64,000 nt of DNA, taken from NCBI RefSeq assembly GCF_009914755.1, contig NC_060928.1; one strand, given 5' to 3'. The notes beneath the pieces are model-generated. The model did no database searches, was not told the DNA's origin, and saw only the letters and a list, made by a program, of their open reading frames with translations. The position numbers and the translations under genes were made by a program. This document shows, piece after piece, positions 51,250 to 63,991 of this stretch (position 1 is the first letter of the stretch; each line of letters opens with the position of its first letter). Origin of the DNA: the human T2T-CHM13v2.0 reference genome, Homo sapiens.

Positions 51250-54200
51250 CATTTGGAGAGGGCAGAGAAATATGTAGGACTCTCCAGCAATTGTCTCCTG
51301 ACAGAAACAGCAGTTTCAACAACATCCATGCACAAAAAATACCTTCACAGGGACTCAGAAAGCCAGGTGAAAAATCATAGTATCTAGTTGTAGCATAATA
51401 ATAAAAAGAGATACATTAAACAGCATAGGAAGGATAATTTTGCAATACCCATATCACTTCTTTTCCACCCCCAGGCAGCAGAGCATGGAGAGGTATACAC
51501 TTGAGGAAGAGAGACGGGAGTAAACATAGGATTTTTTTCTTCAACCCCAAAACCATTACTGTCATAGTAAAACCTAATGCCAGGCAGACACCAAGCCAGT
51601 ACCCAAGGACTGAACCCCCAGACTTACTCTGGTGCCAGGTAAGAACCTGTAACTACTACCAAGTGGATTTGATCTGCAATCCACATAACTGCTAGCCAAA
51701 AACAGTGGCCAAGGGCTCCAGACAAACTTTGCTAGCAAGCAGGCCTCAGTGTCTATGAGCTGTGGGTGTGCCCAAACACTGCACTGGCATTAGTGACCAA
51801 AGAATTCCAGCCTGGCACTGTACCAGCCACTATGGCCCTAGGCTTAGGATGCCGTCTAGTGATGCAATGGCTGTAGCAGTCATGAACTTAGGGACCATGC
51901 CAGACAGTTTTTCCAGAATCTCTGGACAGGTTTACTGTTAAGGAGCTTACCCAGACAAAGCCAGGCTGTAAAGAACAGAATCAAGTACCTACTTCTCCAA
52001 TTCACAGACATCAGTGAAAAACCACAAGAATTAAGAAAAATAAAAACACATGATATCACCAAACAAACAAAGTAAGGTGTCAATGACCAATCTTAAGCAA
52101 ATGGAGATGTACGAATTATGTAAAAAAGAATTTAAAATAGCTGTTTTAAGAAAGCTCAACAAACTTCAAGAAATACAGAGAAAAAATTCAACGCATGAGG
52201 AAAACAATAAGTGATCATATAAAAAATTAACACAGAAATTGAAATCATCAAAAAAAGAAATTTTGGAGCTAAAAATTACAAACAATTAAATGAAAACTAC
52301 AATAACAATAGAATTGATCAAGCAAAAGAAAAATATGTGTACCTGAAGGCAGGCTATTTTTAATCATATAGGCAGAAAAAAAGAAATTAGAATAAATAAA
52401 GCTTATGGGATTTATGGAACAGCAAGAAAGGGCAAATTTTTTAGTTATTGTAATTCAAGAGAGAGTAGAGAAAGATAAAAGGATTAAAAGAGCATTTTCT
52501 AAAATAATAGCAAAAAACTTTCCTGGTGAAAGATCTAAATATTCAGATACATGGAGGTAAAAAATCTCCAATCAAATTCAATCCATATAAGATAACCCAA
52601 GATATAATATATTCAAATGGTCAACAATCAAAGACAAACAGAGGATCCTGAAAGCAGCAAGAAAAAAGAGGCAAGAAACGTAAAAGAGAGTCATAGTATG
52701 CCTAGAAGCAGACGTCTCAACAGAAATCTTACAGGACAGGAGAGAGAAATAATATATTCAATTTGCTGAAAGAAAAAAACCCGCCAACCAATAATATTGT
52801 ACCAAGGAAAGGTGTCCTTTAGAAATTAAGGAGAAATAAATATTTTCCCAGACAAACAAAAGCTGATCATCACTAGCTCTGCTTTAAAAAAAAATGCTAA
52901 AGAATTACTTAAAGTGAAAGAGAAGGGTGCTAATGAGTAACATGAAAACAGCTAAAAGTGTAATTCTCTCAAAGTATAACTGCAGTCTGACTTTTTCTGG
53001 GAGTGCTCCTTAGCAGTAATTCTCACTAGTGTAAAGTAGTGAATTTGGAATACTTTAATATTGTAATGATGGTGTGTAAATTACTTATATTAATATACCA
53101 AGGTGTCTTGTTTTTGTTTTTTGTTTTTGTTTTTGCAATCAAAGTTTGATTGTTATTGCTTAAAATAACCTATTATAAGAGGTTTTTGAAAACCTCATGG
53201 TAGCCACAAAGCCAAAACCTACAATCAGAACACAAAAAATAAGAGGTGAGAAATCAAAATGTACTAGCAGAGAAAATTATTTAACCACAAAGGAAAACTC
53301 TATAAGAGGAAGAAAGAATCTACAAAATCACTAGAAATAACAAAGTGGCAGTAGTAAGTATTTACCCATTACTAATTACCTTGAATGTAGTAAATGGATT
53401 AAATAATCCAATCAAAAGACAGGGTGGTTGAATGAATAGAAACAAAACTTGTCTATATGCTACCAAGAAGAGACTCACTTCACCCATAAGGACACTCATA
53501 GACTGCAAATGAAGGAAAGAAAAAATACTACATGCAAATGCATAGAAAAAGAGAACACCAATAGTTATATCAGATAAAGTAGACTTTAAGTCAAAAATTA
53601 TAAAAAGAGACAAAGAAAGTTATTATGAAGTCATGTAGTGATTAGTTCAGCAAGAAAATATAACAGCTGTAAGTATATTTGCATATAATATTAAAGTATC
53701 TAAATATATAAAGCAACTGTTAATAAATCTGAAGGAAGAGATAAACTGCAATAAAATAATGTTTTAAATAATAATAATAAAGTAGAAGACTTTAATACCC
53801 CACTTTCACCAATGGACAGATAACAGACAAAAAATGAATAAGAAAACACTGGACTTAAGTACATTAGACCAAATGGACCATGCATCTAAAAGCTGCAGAA
53901 TACACATTCTTCTCAACCGCACATGGAACATTCTCCAGAAGAGATGATACAGTAGGCCACAAAAAAAGTCTTAACAACTTTAAGAATATTTAAATCACAT
54001 TAAGTATGTTTTCTGATCATTATGATATAAACCTAGAAAAAATAACAGGGGGAACTTTGGATTATTCACAAATACCTGAAAATTGAACCACATATGCCTG
54101 AACAGCCAATGGGTCAGTGAAGAAATTAAAAGAGAAATTTTAAAAATTCCTAAGAAAAATGAAAATGGGAACACAGCATACAAAAACCTATGGGATACAG

Positions 54201-56546
54201 CAAAAGCAGCTCTAAGATGAAGTTTATGGAAATAAATGCCTACATCTAAAAAGAAGAAAGATATCAAATAAACCATGTCACATCACACCTCAAGGAACTC
54301 AAAAAACAAGACAAAACTAAGCCCCCCAAAGAAGAAGGAATATAATAAATATCAGAACAGATATAAATGGAATAGAGACTAGGAAAACAATTCAGAATCA
54401 ACAAAATGACAACTTGTTTTTTATAGAAGATAAAATAAACAAACTTTTAGCTAGATTACCTAAGAAAAACAGAAAGAAGGCTCAAATAGATAAAATCAGA
54501 GATGAAAAAGGAGATATTATAGCTGATACCACATAAATAACAAAGGACCATAGGAGACTATTATGAGAAATTATACACCAACAAATTGGATAACATAGAA
54601 GAAATAGATAAATTACTGGGCACATACTACCTACCATGTAGATACCAAGAATAAATTATGAAGAAATAAACAATCTGAACAGATCAATAATGAATAAGGA
54701 AATTGAATAAGTAATAAAAAGTCTTCCATCAAAGATAAGCCAAGGATCTGATGGCCTCACTGCTGAATTTTACCTAACATTTAATGAGACCTAATAACTA
54801 ATTCTTCTCATAATGTTCCAGAAAATTGTAGAGGAGAAAATTCTTTCTAATTCATTCTATGAGGCCAGTATTATCCTGACACCAAAATCAGACAAAGAAA
54901 CGACAAAAATTAAACCTACCGGTTAATATCGCTGATGATCATAGATGCAAAAATCCTCAACAACATATTAGCAAGCTGAAATTTTTATACTACCTAAAGC
55001 AATCTACAGATTCAATACAATCCCTAGCAAAATATCAATGACAGTCTTCACAAAAAAAACAAATTCTTGATATTTGTATGGAATCACAAAGGACCCTGAG
55101 CAACCAAAGCAATCTTGAGAAAAAAAGAACAAAGCTGGAAGCATAGCACTACTTGACATTAAAATATATTACAAAGCTATAGTAACCCAAGCAGCATGGT
55201 ACTGGCGTAAAAACAGACACACAGACCAAAGGAACAGAATAGAGAGCCATGAAAAAAAATATCCATGTATTTACAGCCAACTGATTTTCAACAAGGCACC
55301 AAGAAAACACAGTGGGGAAAGAAGGGTCTCTAATAAATGATGTTGGGGTATTCACATCCAGAAAAATAGAATTATACCCTTATCTCTCATCATATTCAAT
55401 GATCACTCAAAATGGATTAAAGACTTAAATGTAAAACTTGAAACTACGAAACTATTGGAAGAAAATATAGGGAAAACATTCATGACATTGGTTTATGCAA
55501 TGATTTTTTTTGTATAGGACCTCAAAAGCATATGCAACAAACAAAAGCAAAAACAGACACATTGGATCATATCAAACTAAAAAGCCCAATAGCAAAGATC
55601 CAAATAACCTGATTAAAAATGGGCAAAAGACCAGAGTAGATATTTCTCAAAAGAAGACTACAAAGGGCCAACAGACATATAAAAAAAATCAAAATCACTA
55701 ATTATAAGGCAAATGCAAATTGAAACCACAGTGAGATATCACTCCACACCTGACAGAATGACAATTATCCAAAAGATAAAAGATAAAGATATTGGCAAAG
55801 ATGTGGAGGAAAAAAAAACACTTTTACACTGTTAGTGGCAAGGTAAACTGGTACAGACATTATGAAACACAATATAGAGGTTCCTCAAAGAATTAAAAAT
55901 AGGACAAGCATATGATCCAGCAATCCCACTACTGGATGCATAGCCCAAGGAAATTAAGAGCTTCATGCCCTACCTACTGAGCTAGCCAGGCTTCTAGCCC
56001 AAGGAAATTAAATCAGATGTTGAAGAGATATCTGCACTCCCATGTTTACCCCAGCAATATTCCCAGTGGCCAAGATATGAAATCAACGTAAGTATTCATC
56101 AACAGATAAATAAAGAAAATGTAATATATGCACTCATTGGAATACTATTTAGATATAAAAGAGAAGAAAATTCTGTAATTTGTGACATCAATGAACCTGG
56201 AGAACATTATGCTAAATGAGGTAAGCTAAGCACTGGAAAACAAATACTTTATGATCTCATATTGGAATCTCAAAAAGGTGATCTCATAAAAGTAAAAAGT
56301 AGAATGGCAGTTGCTAGAGACTGATGCTGGTCAAAGGATACATAATTAGACTTACATAAAAGAAATAAGTTCAAGAGACCTATTGTAAAGTATGGTGACT
56401 ATAGTTAATACATAATGCATTCTTGAGCATAGACATTAAGTGATCTTACGACAAAAAATAACTATGTGAGGTAATGCATTTGTTAATTAGCAACGTTTAA
56501 CCATTCACTATATATATATACTCAGTAGGTAGGGCATGAAGCTCAC

Positions 56547-56582
<36 letters not shown>

Positions 56583-56672
56583 GTGTGTGTGTGTGTGTAA
56601 TTGCAAACATTAAGGTACACATGATAAATACATACAATTTTATTTGTCAATTTAAAACAAATTTGAAAAAAA
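51250..56672 (+). mobile_element. Near full-length old L1 (L1MA-type) with internal deletion
   Basis: 5'UTR-like region, ORF1 relic ~52000-52930, ORF2 relic from ~53340 with a jump at ~54983, 3'UTR and short A tail; 5' limit approximate. Confidence 0.8.
55958..55994 (-). pseudogene. Tailless retropseudogene of tRNA-Lys(CTT) 5' half
   Basis: Reverse complement gaaGCCTGGCTAGCTCAGTAGGTAGGGCATGAAGCTC resembles the tRNA-Lys 5' half; 17-bp TSD tagcccaaggaaattaa at 55941-55957 and 55995-56011. Confidence 0.88.
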
Positions 56673-56906
56673 TATACTGCTGCTCTAGATATTTTAAAAC
56701 AATTTTCCAGCAGAAAGTAGGCAGAAGTCTGTTAATAAAAAGATTATATTATTACAACAAAAAACAAAGAAAAATAAAAAATTATCTTGAGCCATGCAGT
56801 TACCTGGCAGAGGTAAGCTATACAAACTGGAATATAGATAATCATTGTACATAATAACATCCTCATTTCTATCTATCATGTTCTAGATCAACCTGAGTGA
56901 AAACAC

Positions 56907-56915
56907 TTCTTGGAA
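56907..56915 (+). promoter_or_regulatory. STAT5 GAS site TTCTTGGAA (distal)
   Basis: TTCN3GAA about 150 bp upstream of predicted TSS. Confidence 0.75.
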
Positions 56916-56962
56916 TATGTCTTACAAAAATAAATGGAAAAACAATTTCTAATCATTATGAC

Positions 56963-56971
56963 TTCCTAGAA
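56963..56971 (+). promoter_or_regulatory. STAT5 GAS site TTCCTAGAA (proximal, about -95)
   Basis: acTTCCTAGAAtt, the context and position typical of calcium-sensitive casein promoters. Confidence 0.85.
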
Positions 56972-57029
56972 TTCAAATCCCTTATAGATATTTCAAACCA
57001 CTGAATGACCACATCATGCAAGAGCAAGA

Positions 57030-57037
57030 TTTAAATA
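57030..57037 (+). promoter_or_regulatory. Casein-type TATA box TTTAAATA
   Basis: Alpha-S casein TATA variant about 30 bp upstream of predicted exon 1. Confidence 0.8.
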
Positions 57038-57059
57038 GTGCTACGATAACCCACCTAAG

Positions 57060-57103
57060 GTCTCCCTCTGCTTAGACTTCTTATCTGCCATTTAGGAAAT
57101 AAG
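57060..57103 (+). pseudogene. CSN1S2BP: Exon 1 (non-coding, about 44 nt), donor degenerate (AAG|gcagta)
   Basis: Ends ...catttaggaaataag like alpha-S2 exon 1; start inferred from TATA spacing. Confidence 0.7.
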
Positions 57104-58824
57104 GCAGTATTTTCATGTATCCCTGTTATTCTACATGCCTAATGATATTGTAAAACCTAATGATCTGCAAAATTTATTTAAAGAAATTTATGCCACTATA
57201 CCTTAGAATTCTTTGAGAGATTGTTTTATAACTAACATAAGCTACTGATTTATCTCCATTTGGATGCTATGGATAGAATTAAGATTGAGAAAGAGACACT
57301 GAAAACGGTTAATTATGCTGTTCCATCTTATGATGTCAAAGCCTTCTTTTAAGGGCAAGGTCAATATAATGAAGTTTTTGGAAATCCAGGCCACTGTGTG
57401 TTTGATTTCTGACCTCCTAGATTACTTTTTTATCTGGTATCCACACAGCAAAACATTTATCTAACATAGTTGTTCTGAAGACTACAGACAGTATTTAAAA
57501 CATATCCAGCACAGTGTCTGGGATGGAGCAGATACTTAGTAACTGCACCTATTTCTAAATTTCTCAATTACCAACAAGTTAAAGTATTTCTTTAACTCTC
57601 AGTTAACATCTGTCCATGTTCTAGTTTCCTTTCACATGAAAAATATAATGATGAAAATTGAAAAACTACAATAAATGATAAATGTATTTCAAATATTAAC
57701 AGGCAATAATGTAATTATGAACTTATCATTTTAAAACATTTTTATAAAATGTTTCTAAAATTAATTTTATATATGCATAAAGATCATTTTATCCTATAAA
57801 AGTAAACAAATATCAGATATTTTATTAGAGTTATTTTAATAGAGTAAGAAATTAATAACAAGCAGATAATGCAAATCTCTGTATATGACATAACATAATG
57901 CCTATGTGTACACATTCTTTAGATTTGCATATTTATGGCTCACTGGCATATTTAAAACTGTGTGAAAAAATTGTTCTTTAAAAATAATTAATTTAAGATT
58001 TATAAGATATAATGAGCAAGATACTGAATAACATAACTTTAGTTTTCAGTTCTTTGTTTAATCACAGGAAAAGTTGAGCTGATATGTGGTCAGAAAATCC
58101 GTGGAGTTATATGTATCATACTATGAGAAATTGATTTATGTCAAAGAGATATGTCAAAGCAATCATGTAAAGTCTTTCATTACTTAAGATATCTGAAAGG
58201 AGGGGCACAGATGTTCAGTGACTTGCTAAGCTTCAGTAGCCAGTCCCATGTCAAGTTAGGACTAGTAGGACCATAGATGCACCCACACAGTATTACTTCT
58301 ACCTGCTACTTCTTGACATACTGCATTTTTGGCTCACCTGGAAACTAATCTGCAAATGAGTCTGTTCTATTTTGCATTTCTAGTAATTGTTCTCCAAAAG
58401 GTTGAAGAATTGTAAATAATATGGCCTGGTAGATTACACCTGTTGTGTGTATCAACATATCTTCATGTCTAGAACAGTGCCTGGCATGTGGTAGCAATTA
58501 TTTATTGAATAAGCAAATTGATAAATAAATTAACCAATTCTACATAGGACCAATATTCCTACTAATTTACTATTCCTGAAAATACCTTTTATATTTTAGA
58601 AACCGATATTGTATATTATTTTCTATTAATAAATTTTATCTTAAAAATGTATTAAAGTAAAAAACTTGTCATATTCATATCCATGTTTCTCAAATGAATC
58701 TGCTTTTACCCATCATTTGTATTTCCCACTTATCTGTGATTATAAATTAAAACAGAGTTAATGAGGAAATGTGTGATTTTAGGGAGTTAAATTATTATTG
58801 ATTTGCTACATACCTGTTTTATAG

Positions 58825-58887
58825 GACTCAGTAAATATGAAGTTCTTCATCTTTACTTGTCTTTTGGCTATTGCTCTTGCAAAGCAT
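58825..58887 (+). pseudogene. CSN1S2BP: Exon 2, 63 nt: 12-nt UTR + MKFFIFTCLLAIALAKH (ATG at 58837)
   Basis: ttttatag|gactcagtaaatATGaagttcttc...aagcat|gtaagt; canonical 15-aa alpha-S2 casein signal peptide. Confidence 0.96.
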
Positions 58888-60451
58888 GTAAGTATAATGA
58901 AACATTTACAAGTATCTATTCTAATTTAAATATAAGGGTAAATATTTTATGCAAATGAAGGCAGGGGTGGGCAGCAAGGAACAGAAATTAAGTGTGTGAA
59001 CTTATAAAACTATAATCAAAGACAGCATTGGCCCTACCTTATACAAGATATGAAAGTGGACACACTTTGTATGATGTATTCTTGTAGTTCTGTGGAGATT
59101 TTTTACTTGTGGGTTAAAAGGCCTATACTTCCATCTCTGTCTGTTTGCATTCACCAGGGAACTGTTTTCACTCCCGTGGCATATCTCTTTGAAAGCGCAG
59201 AAAAGCCACAGATAAAATGTAGACTCCAAAACCATCTCTCAAATAAGTGATAGAGTTTCACCATTCTTGATTACATTAGTTCAGAGCTAGGGAGATCAGA
59301 CAGGAAACAAGGGTGACTTTGTAAATTACTTGCAAAAATAACCTAATGCAAAACAATTCCTCAGCTTCTCAAAGCATTATATTTTTCTTGAGAGAATATA
59401 GTACTAATATTCATATAAAAAATGATAAGGATGGCAATATTACTTTGAGTGAATTACTTTGAAAACACACACACACACACACGCACGCACACATTTACTC
59501 TATTCACTTCCTCAGAAGTAACTCATTTTTTCTTTTTTTTTTTGCCTTACCCTGCAGCTGGCACCATCCATACCTTTCCCATACCCAGTATCTTACTTCT
59601 CATAAGCACACCATTTCTTTAGGGTGATCAGAGTTCTTTGCTTCATCTATGTCTCCATATCGCTCACATCAATCTTGACAAGTTTTTGTTATTTCTTAAA
59701 TTTAGAGCCAATTTAAGGGCAAAGCTAGATAAGAATTCTAGTTAGGTAAATAAAAAAATAATAATAGTACTTTGGCAATCTCACACCCACCAAGATTGAT
59801 TGTTCTTATGATCTACTCTGACTTTGTTCCCTTTCTCTCTAGTCAATAATTGCCTTTGATCTTTTATTTAAATAAAACAATTTTATTCAACTAAGAATAT
59901 GGTGGCTGCACTAGCAAGTGACAGACCACAGATATTAAAAGCTAAATTTGTCACAATCTATTGAGAACATAAGTACAAAATTGAGTTTGTATGACAGTTT
60001 TTCATATTTTAAAAATTAATCTTCAACTTTTTATGCCACTTGACAGAAGCACTCGCCCAATATTTTTAATTCTAACAGTATAAGTGAAGTAAAATAAAAT
60101 ATTACACCAGAGTCTTAACACTTTAAGATTTGGTGGTACATTTATGAATATAATTATATTTTAAATGGTGAAACAGTTAATACTCAAAAGCTAAGAACCT
60201 ACCTACTTCCTAAAAGAAATATATTAAACCATGACAAGAATTCACTTGAGGTATACAATGATTTGCTCATTAACATTATAGGAAACCAAGAGAATTTTGC
60301 AAAGAAACTCTATGCAACTAAAAGTTCCTAGAATCAGATGACTAAAATTCCCTTGCCACCAAGAAACAAAAGAAACAAAATGGAAAGACAGTTTTACATT
60401 TTAAATAAGCGATAAAAGTGAAACTTGAATTACTTTTTGTTTTTTATATAG

Positions 60452-60478
60452 AATATGGAGCATCACTCCTCCAGCAAG
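60452..60478 (+). pseudogene. CSN1S2BP: Exon 3, 27 nt, NMEHHSSSK
   Basis: tatatag|aatatg...agcaag|gtaaga; TMEHVSSSE-type exon. Confidence 0.92.
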
Positions 60479-61146
60479 GTAAGACACTTTAATTCTTCCA
60501 CCTAGTAAACACGTGATATGTCCTAAACTAAGTCTTTATATGTGTTAAGACCAAAAATGTACACATTCAAATTAACCAGATTAAATTTGTGCATTTTTTC
60601 CTCTGAATAGTTCCTAATGTTAAAGATATTAGCTCAGAAGCTATGGTGAATATTCTACATCTTGGGAGAAGAGTGACAGGAATTCATTCTACATTTCTGA
60701 AATAAGAACTCATATTCATCTGGGTCCATATTAAATGTTAATTTCCAAATGATTTTTCTGGGCAGGGGTGCATAAAAGACACACACACATTTTTACTGTT
60801 GCCCAAAGGCTTTTTTTTTTTCTGCAATGTGTTTAACCCCTTTAAAAAGCAGAGGAAAATTCAAAATTATGTAGAAGAAATATAAAAATTTCTTTTCTTC
60901 TTTGTGGTTCATATTTGGGAAAGTTTTGTTACAGTTATTAATAAACCAAAACACAATATCAAAATGTTAGCTATCTAAAATATGATAAATTAGTTGTGTG
61001 GGGAGTGAAACTTTTGTCAACTTAATCCTATAGTTCAGAATAATATAAATATATTATTTACCACTGGATGTTGAGTGTAAATTGACAACTTATAGCTAGT
61101 ACAAATATAATTTAGGTAAGTAACTATTGTTTTTTCCTTTTTTAAG

Positions 61147-61170
61147 TAATCTGTCAGCATCTCCCAGGAA
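61147..61170 (+). pseudogene. CSN1S2BP: Exon 4, 24 nt, *SVSISQE (premature TAA)
   Basis: tttaag|TAAtctgtcagcatctcccaggaa|gtaagt; the paralogous exon at 5618 starts GAA. Confidence 0.92.
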
Positions 61171-61252
61171 GTAAGTCCTAACTCCTTAAATTAAATATAT
61201 TTTAACTTTTTTATTTAATGAAGGTTATATAAGACTTTTATTTAGTTTGTAG

Positions 61253-61294
61253 AAATTTAAGCAGGTCAAGAATATAGTCATTTTTCCCAATGAG
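61253..61294 (+). pseudogene. CSN1S2BP: Exon 5, 42 nt, KFKQVKNIVIFPNE
   Basis: tttgtag|aaattt...aatgag|gtaaaa; TYKQEKNMAINPSK-type. Confidence 0.88.
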
Positions 61295-61660
61295 GTAAAA
61301 TGTAATTATTTCATTATATTAATTTTTGATAACTTATCTTTTTCCATCAAACGTAGGTCATTTTCTCACACAAAAATGAGTATGTTAGCTATGATTGTTA
61401 AAATGGTGATGTTTTCATTGATTTGCCAAAATGCAGTGGAGCAATATGAAAAAGGTCTTAGTAAAAGATTTGTTAGTTCTATTATTAAAACAGATATCTT
61501 TGAAATAATTTCTTCTTAATGGTTCATCACATTTACCTCTCCAACTCTGCATTCTTTTGTTTACAATGTTGTGTTTCCTTTGCTATCCATTTATGTGAAA
61601 TTACATTATACTGCATTTCAGTACATTATACATTCCCTCTTCATTTTCTTTTCTTTTCAG

Positions 61661-61687
61661 AAGGACAATTGTTCTACTTCCTGTAAG
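61661..61687 (+). pseudogene. CSN1S2BP: Exon 6, 27 nt, KDNCSTSCK
   Basis: ttttcag|aaggac...tgtaag|gtatat; retains the CSTxC cysteine pair of alpha-S2 casein. Confidence 0.9.
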
Positions 61688-62502
61688 GTATATATTGATA
61701 GCAGATCTATAGCAGAATGTGAAATAAAAATATTGTCATACTTTGAGCCAAATTGAAATTAACCTGGATTTTTAAAATATTCCAAAGCAATCAAATTTGA
61801 AAACCAAAACTATTTATAAAGAATGAGACAAAGTTATCTTCTCTTTTTAAAATTCTGTGAATAATTCAGCCGAAAAATATTTTTTTTGCATAAATCAACT
61901 AATATACTTAATTCTAAGATCTCGTGAGGAGTGGAGAACTTGTCACTTAGTGGTCTTCATTCCTAAAAATTCCCAAATTTTCATTATCGTTCTTAAAAAA
62001 TTAATTTGCTATTTAGATTGATATGCATTTTTTCTTAAAATTGTCTCATTTAAATTTAAATCAATATTTTCATAATAGAAACATTATATATGCATTACCA
62101 AAAACACATTAGTTTGCCTGGAGATATATTTTTTCTAATAAATCATGATGAGTAAAATGAAGTTTGTCAATGCAATGCCTAAATTATTATAATAGTGTGT
62201 TTATTCATTTATTAGACAAACATGTATTGGAGAAGACTATCTTAGACTCGAGGCATACTCTGAATACAGCAGGCAAAATCCTCCTCTCATTTTTCTCACA
62301 TTCCAATTTACCACTGCTTGTATATTTATTACTAAATGGGAAAGTCTAATATAATTTATACAAAACTTATATAATGAAAATGAATCTATTGTCATGATTC
62401 TCTTTATGGGAAAGAAAATTTTCCCTTTATGTTCTGGATAAAATACTTTATAAACAAAGCTGTGGAGAAAATAAGTCTGATTATTTTTCTTCTGTATTTA
62501 AG

Positions 62503-62529
62503 GAAACCACAAAAAACATGAATGAAATG
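62503..62529 (+). pseudogene. CSN1S2BP: Exon 7, 27 nt, ETTKNMNEM
   Basis: tatttaag|gaaacc...gaaatg|gtgaga. Confidence 0.85.
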
Positions 62530-62964
62530 GTGAGAAATTTTTATTTTCTTAAACAATTTTTGTTCACATTCTTAACATGTAATATTACAATATCAATGGC
62601 ATGTGGAAATATCTGTAAATTTCCTCTCTTAGTAAACTAAAAAGAGATGTATAAATTTATTTAAAATAACAATTTCTCCCTTCCCACTTTAATAGTATTC
62701 ACCTAAATTGCTCTATATTCTCTTGAGACATTTCCATTCAAGGATAAGGTGATTTTTATCTCTTTTGCTTGTTTTCCAAAGGTAATCAATGATGAACAGT
62801 TGAGAAACCTATTGTGTTGTTTTTATTTCAATACTTTTAATCTACCGTACTAATGATTACGTAGGTAATTTGAGGCCTATCTAAAACAACCTCTATCATT
62901 AAAGAAATAATGCTGGGGATTTCTTATGGTCACTAAATTTTTATTATTATTATTATTTCTCAAG

Positions 62965-62991
62965 CAATCTTCTAGCAGCTCTTCTAGTGAG
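62965..62991 (+). pseudogene. CSN1S2BP: Exon 8, 27 nt, QSSSSSSSE (phosphoserine cluster)
   Basis: ttctcaag|caatcttctagcagctcttctagtgag|gtaaga. Confidence 0.9.
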
Positions 62992-63276
62992 GTAAGAGCT
63001 ATTTTCTTTTAACATCAAAAAGCAGGTTCACCAAGACGTGGCAGATTTTTAGCAATTAGATTGTTCATCAAATTGTAACCCAAACTCAATGGTATTTGAG
63101 GGAGATTGAAACTGACTATCCGAACATTGGTTTCCCGTTTTGTGCTTTTTGACAGTGTGTATCAAACATCTGATTTCAGAGAAAATTGCATTTTAAAGGA
63201 AGCCAGGGTTAAATCAAGAGGCTGCCATTTGCCTTCAGCATAGTTTTATCCTGAAAAACCTCTCAATATCTCTTAG

Positions 63277-63352
63277 AGCGGTGGTTCTGAAAGTGTTGCC
63301 CCTCAGCTAGCAGCAACAACATTATATTCTGGTGCACTTTAAAATTTGAGAT
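63277..63352. mobile_element. Internally deleted MER5A-like relic at the position paralogous to 194-379
   Basis: gcggtggttctgaaagtg...aaatttgaga; shared upstream flank cctctcaatat. Confidence 0.6.
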
Positions 63353-63991
63353 TCTTTTGTTTTTAAAAATAAGAGGCTGAATAAGGGATTCGATTATGAG
63401 TTGTGTATATCACTGACACAAGAACACCTGCCATGGTAGAAATACCCAAACAATAAACATGATGGGAAAAAGTATCTGGGAAAGGAAGAAGCATGGTGGC
63501 ACCACAAACCTTGTGGCCTTAGGTGAAGCCTACACTCTTCCTAGTCAGGGACTAGGAAACATGCTTTACTCTTCTTCCAAGCTTCAAGTATCATCTTCAA
63601 TTGGAGAGTTAACAGTCGCTTAAAGATAACATTTGTGTCCTCTAGAAAGGGTATGTGGGACTTGGTTTGCCACATACCTCACCAGGCCTGTGTCATAATA
63701 TTTTGTGTCACTTGTCACCTTCTGTAGGCATTTGATATTGTATGAATAATAAAAAATTTATGAAAATTTAAAATAAAACATTTTTATTCATGTGCTATTT
63801 TGATAATGATGACTCTGATTATAAATGTTTTAATTTTTTAATTAATTTATTAAATTCCTAATAAATGACATAATTTTTGAGTAGTAGTGGCTTGGGCCCT
63901 GAGTATTTAATTAATTACCCCTAATATTCTAGCATGACTCCGAAGCTTAATCATGCAAGTAATGTTAATTCTTCTTTTCTTCCCCTAAAAG

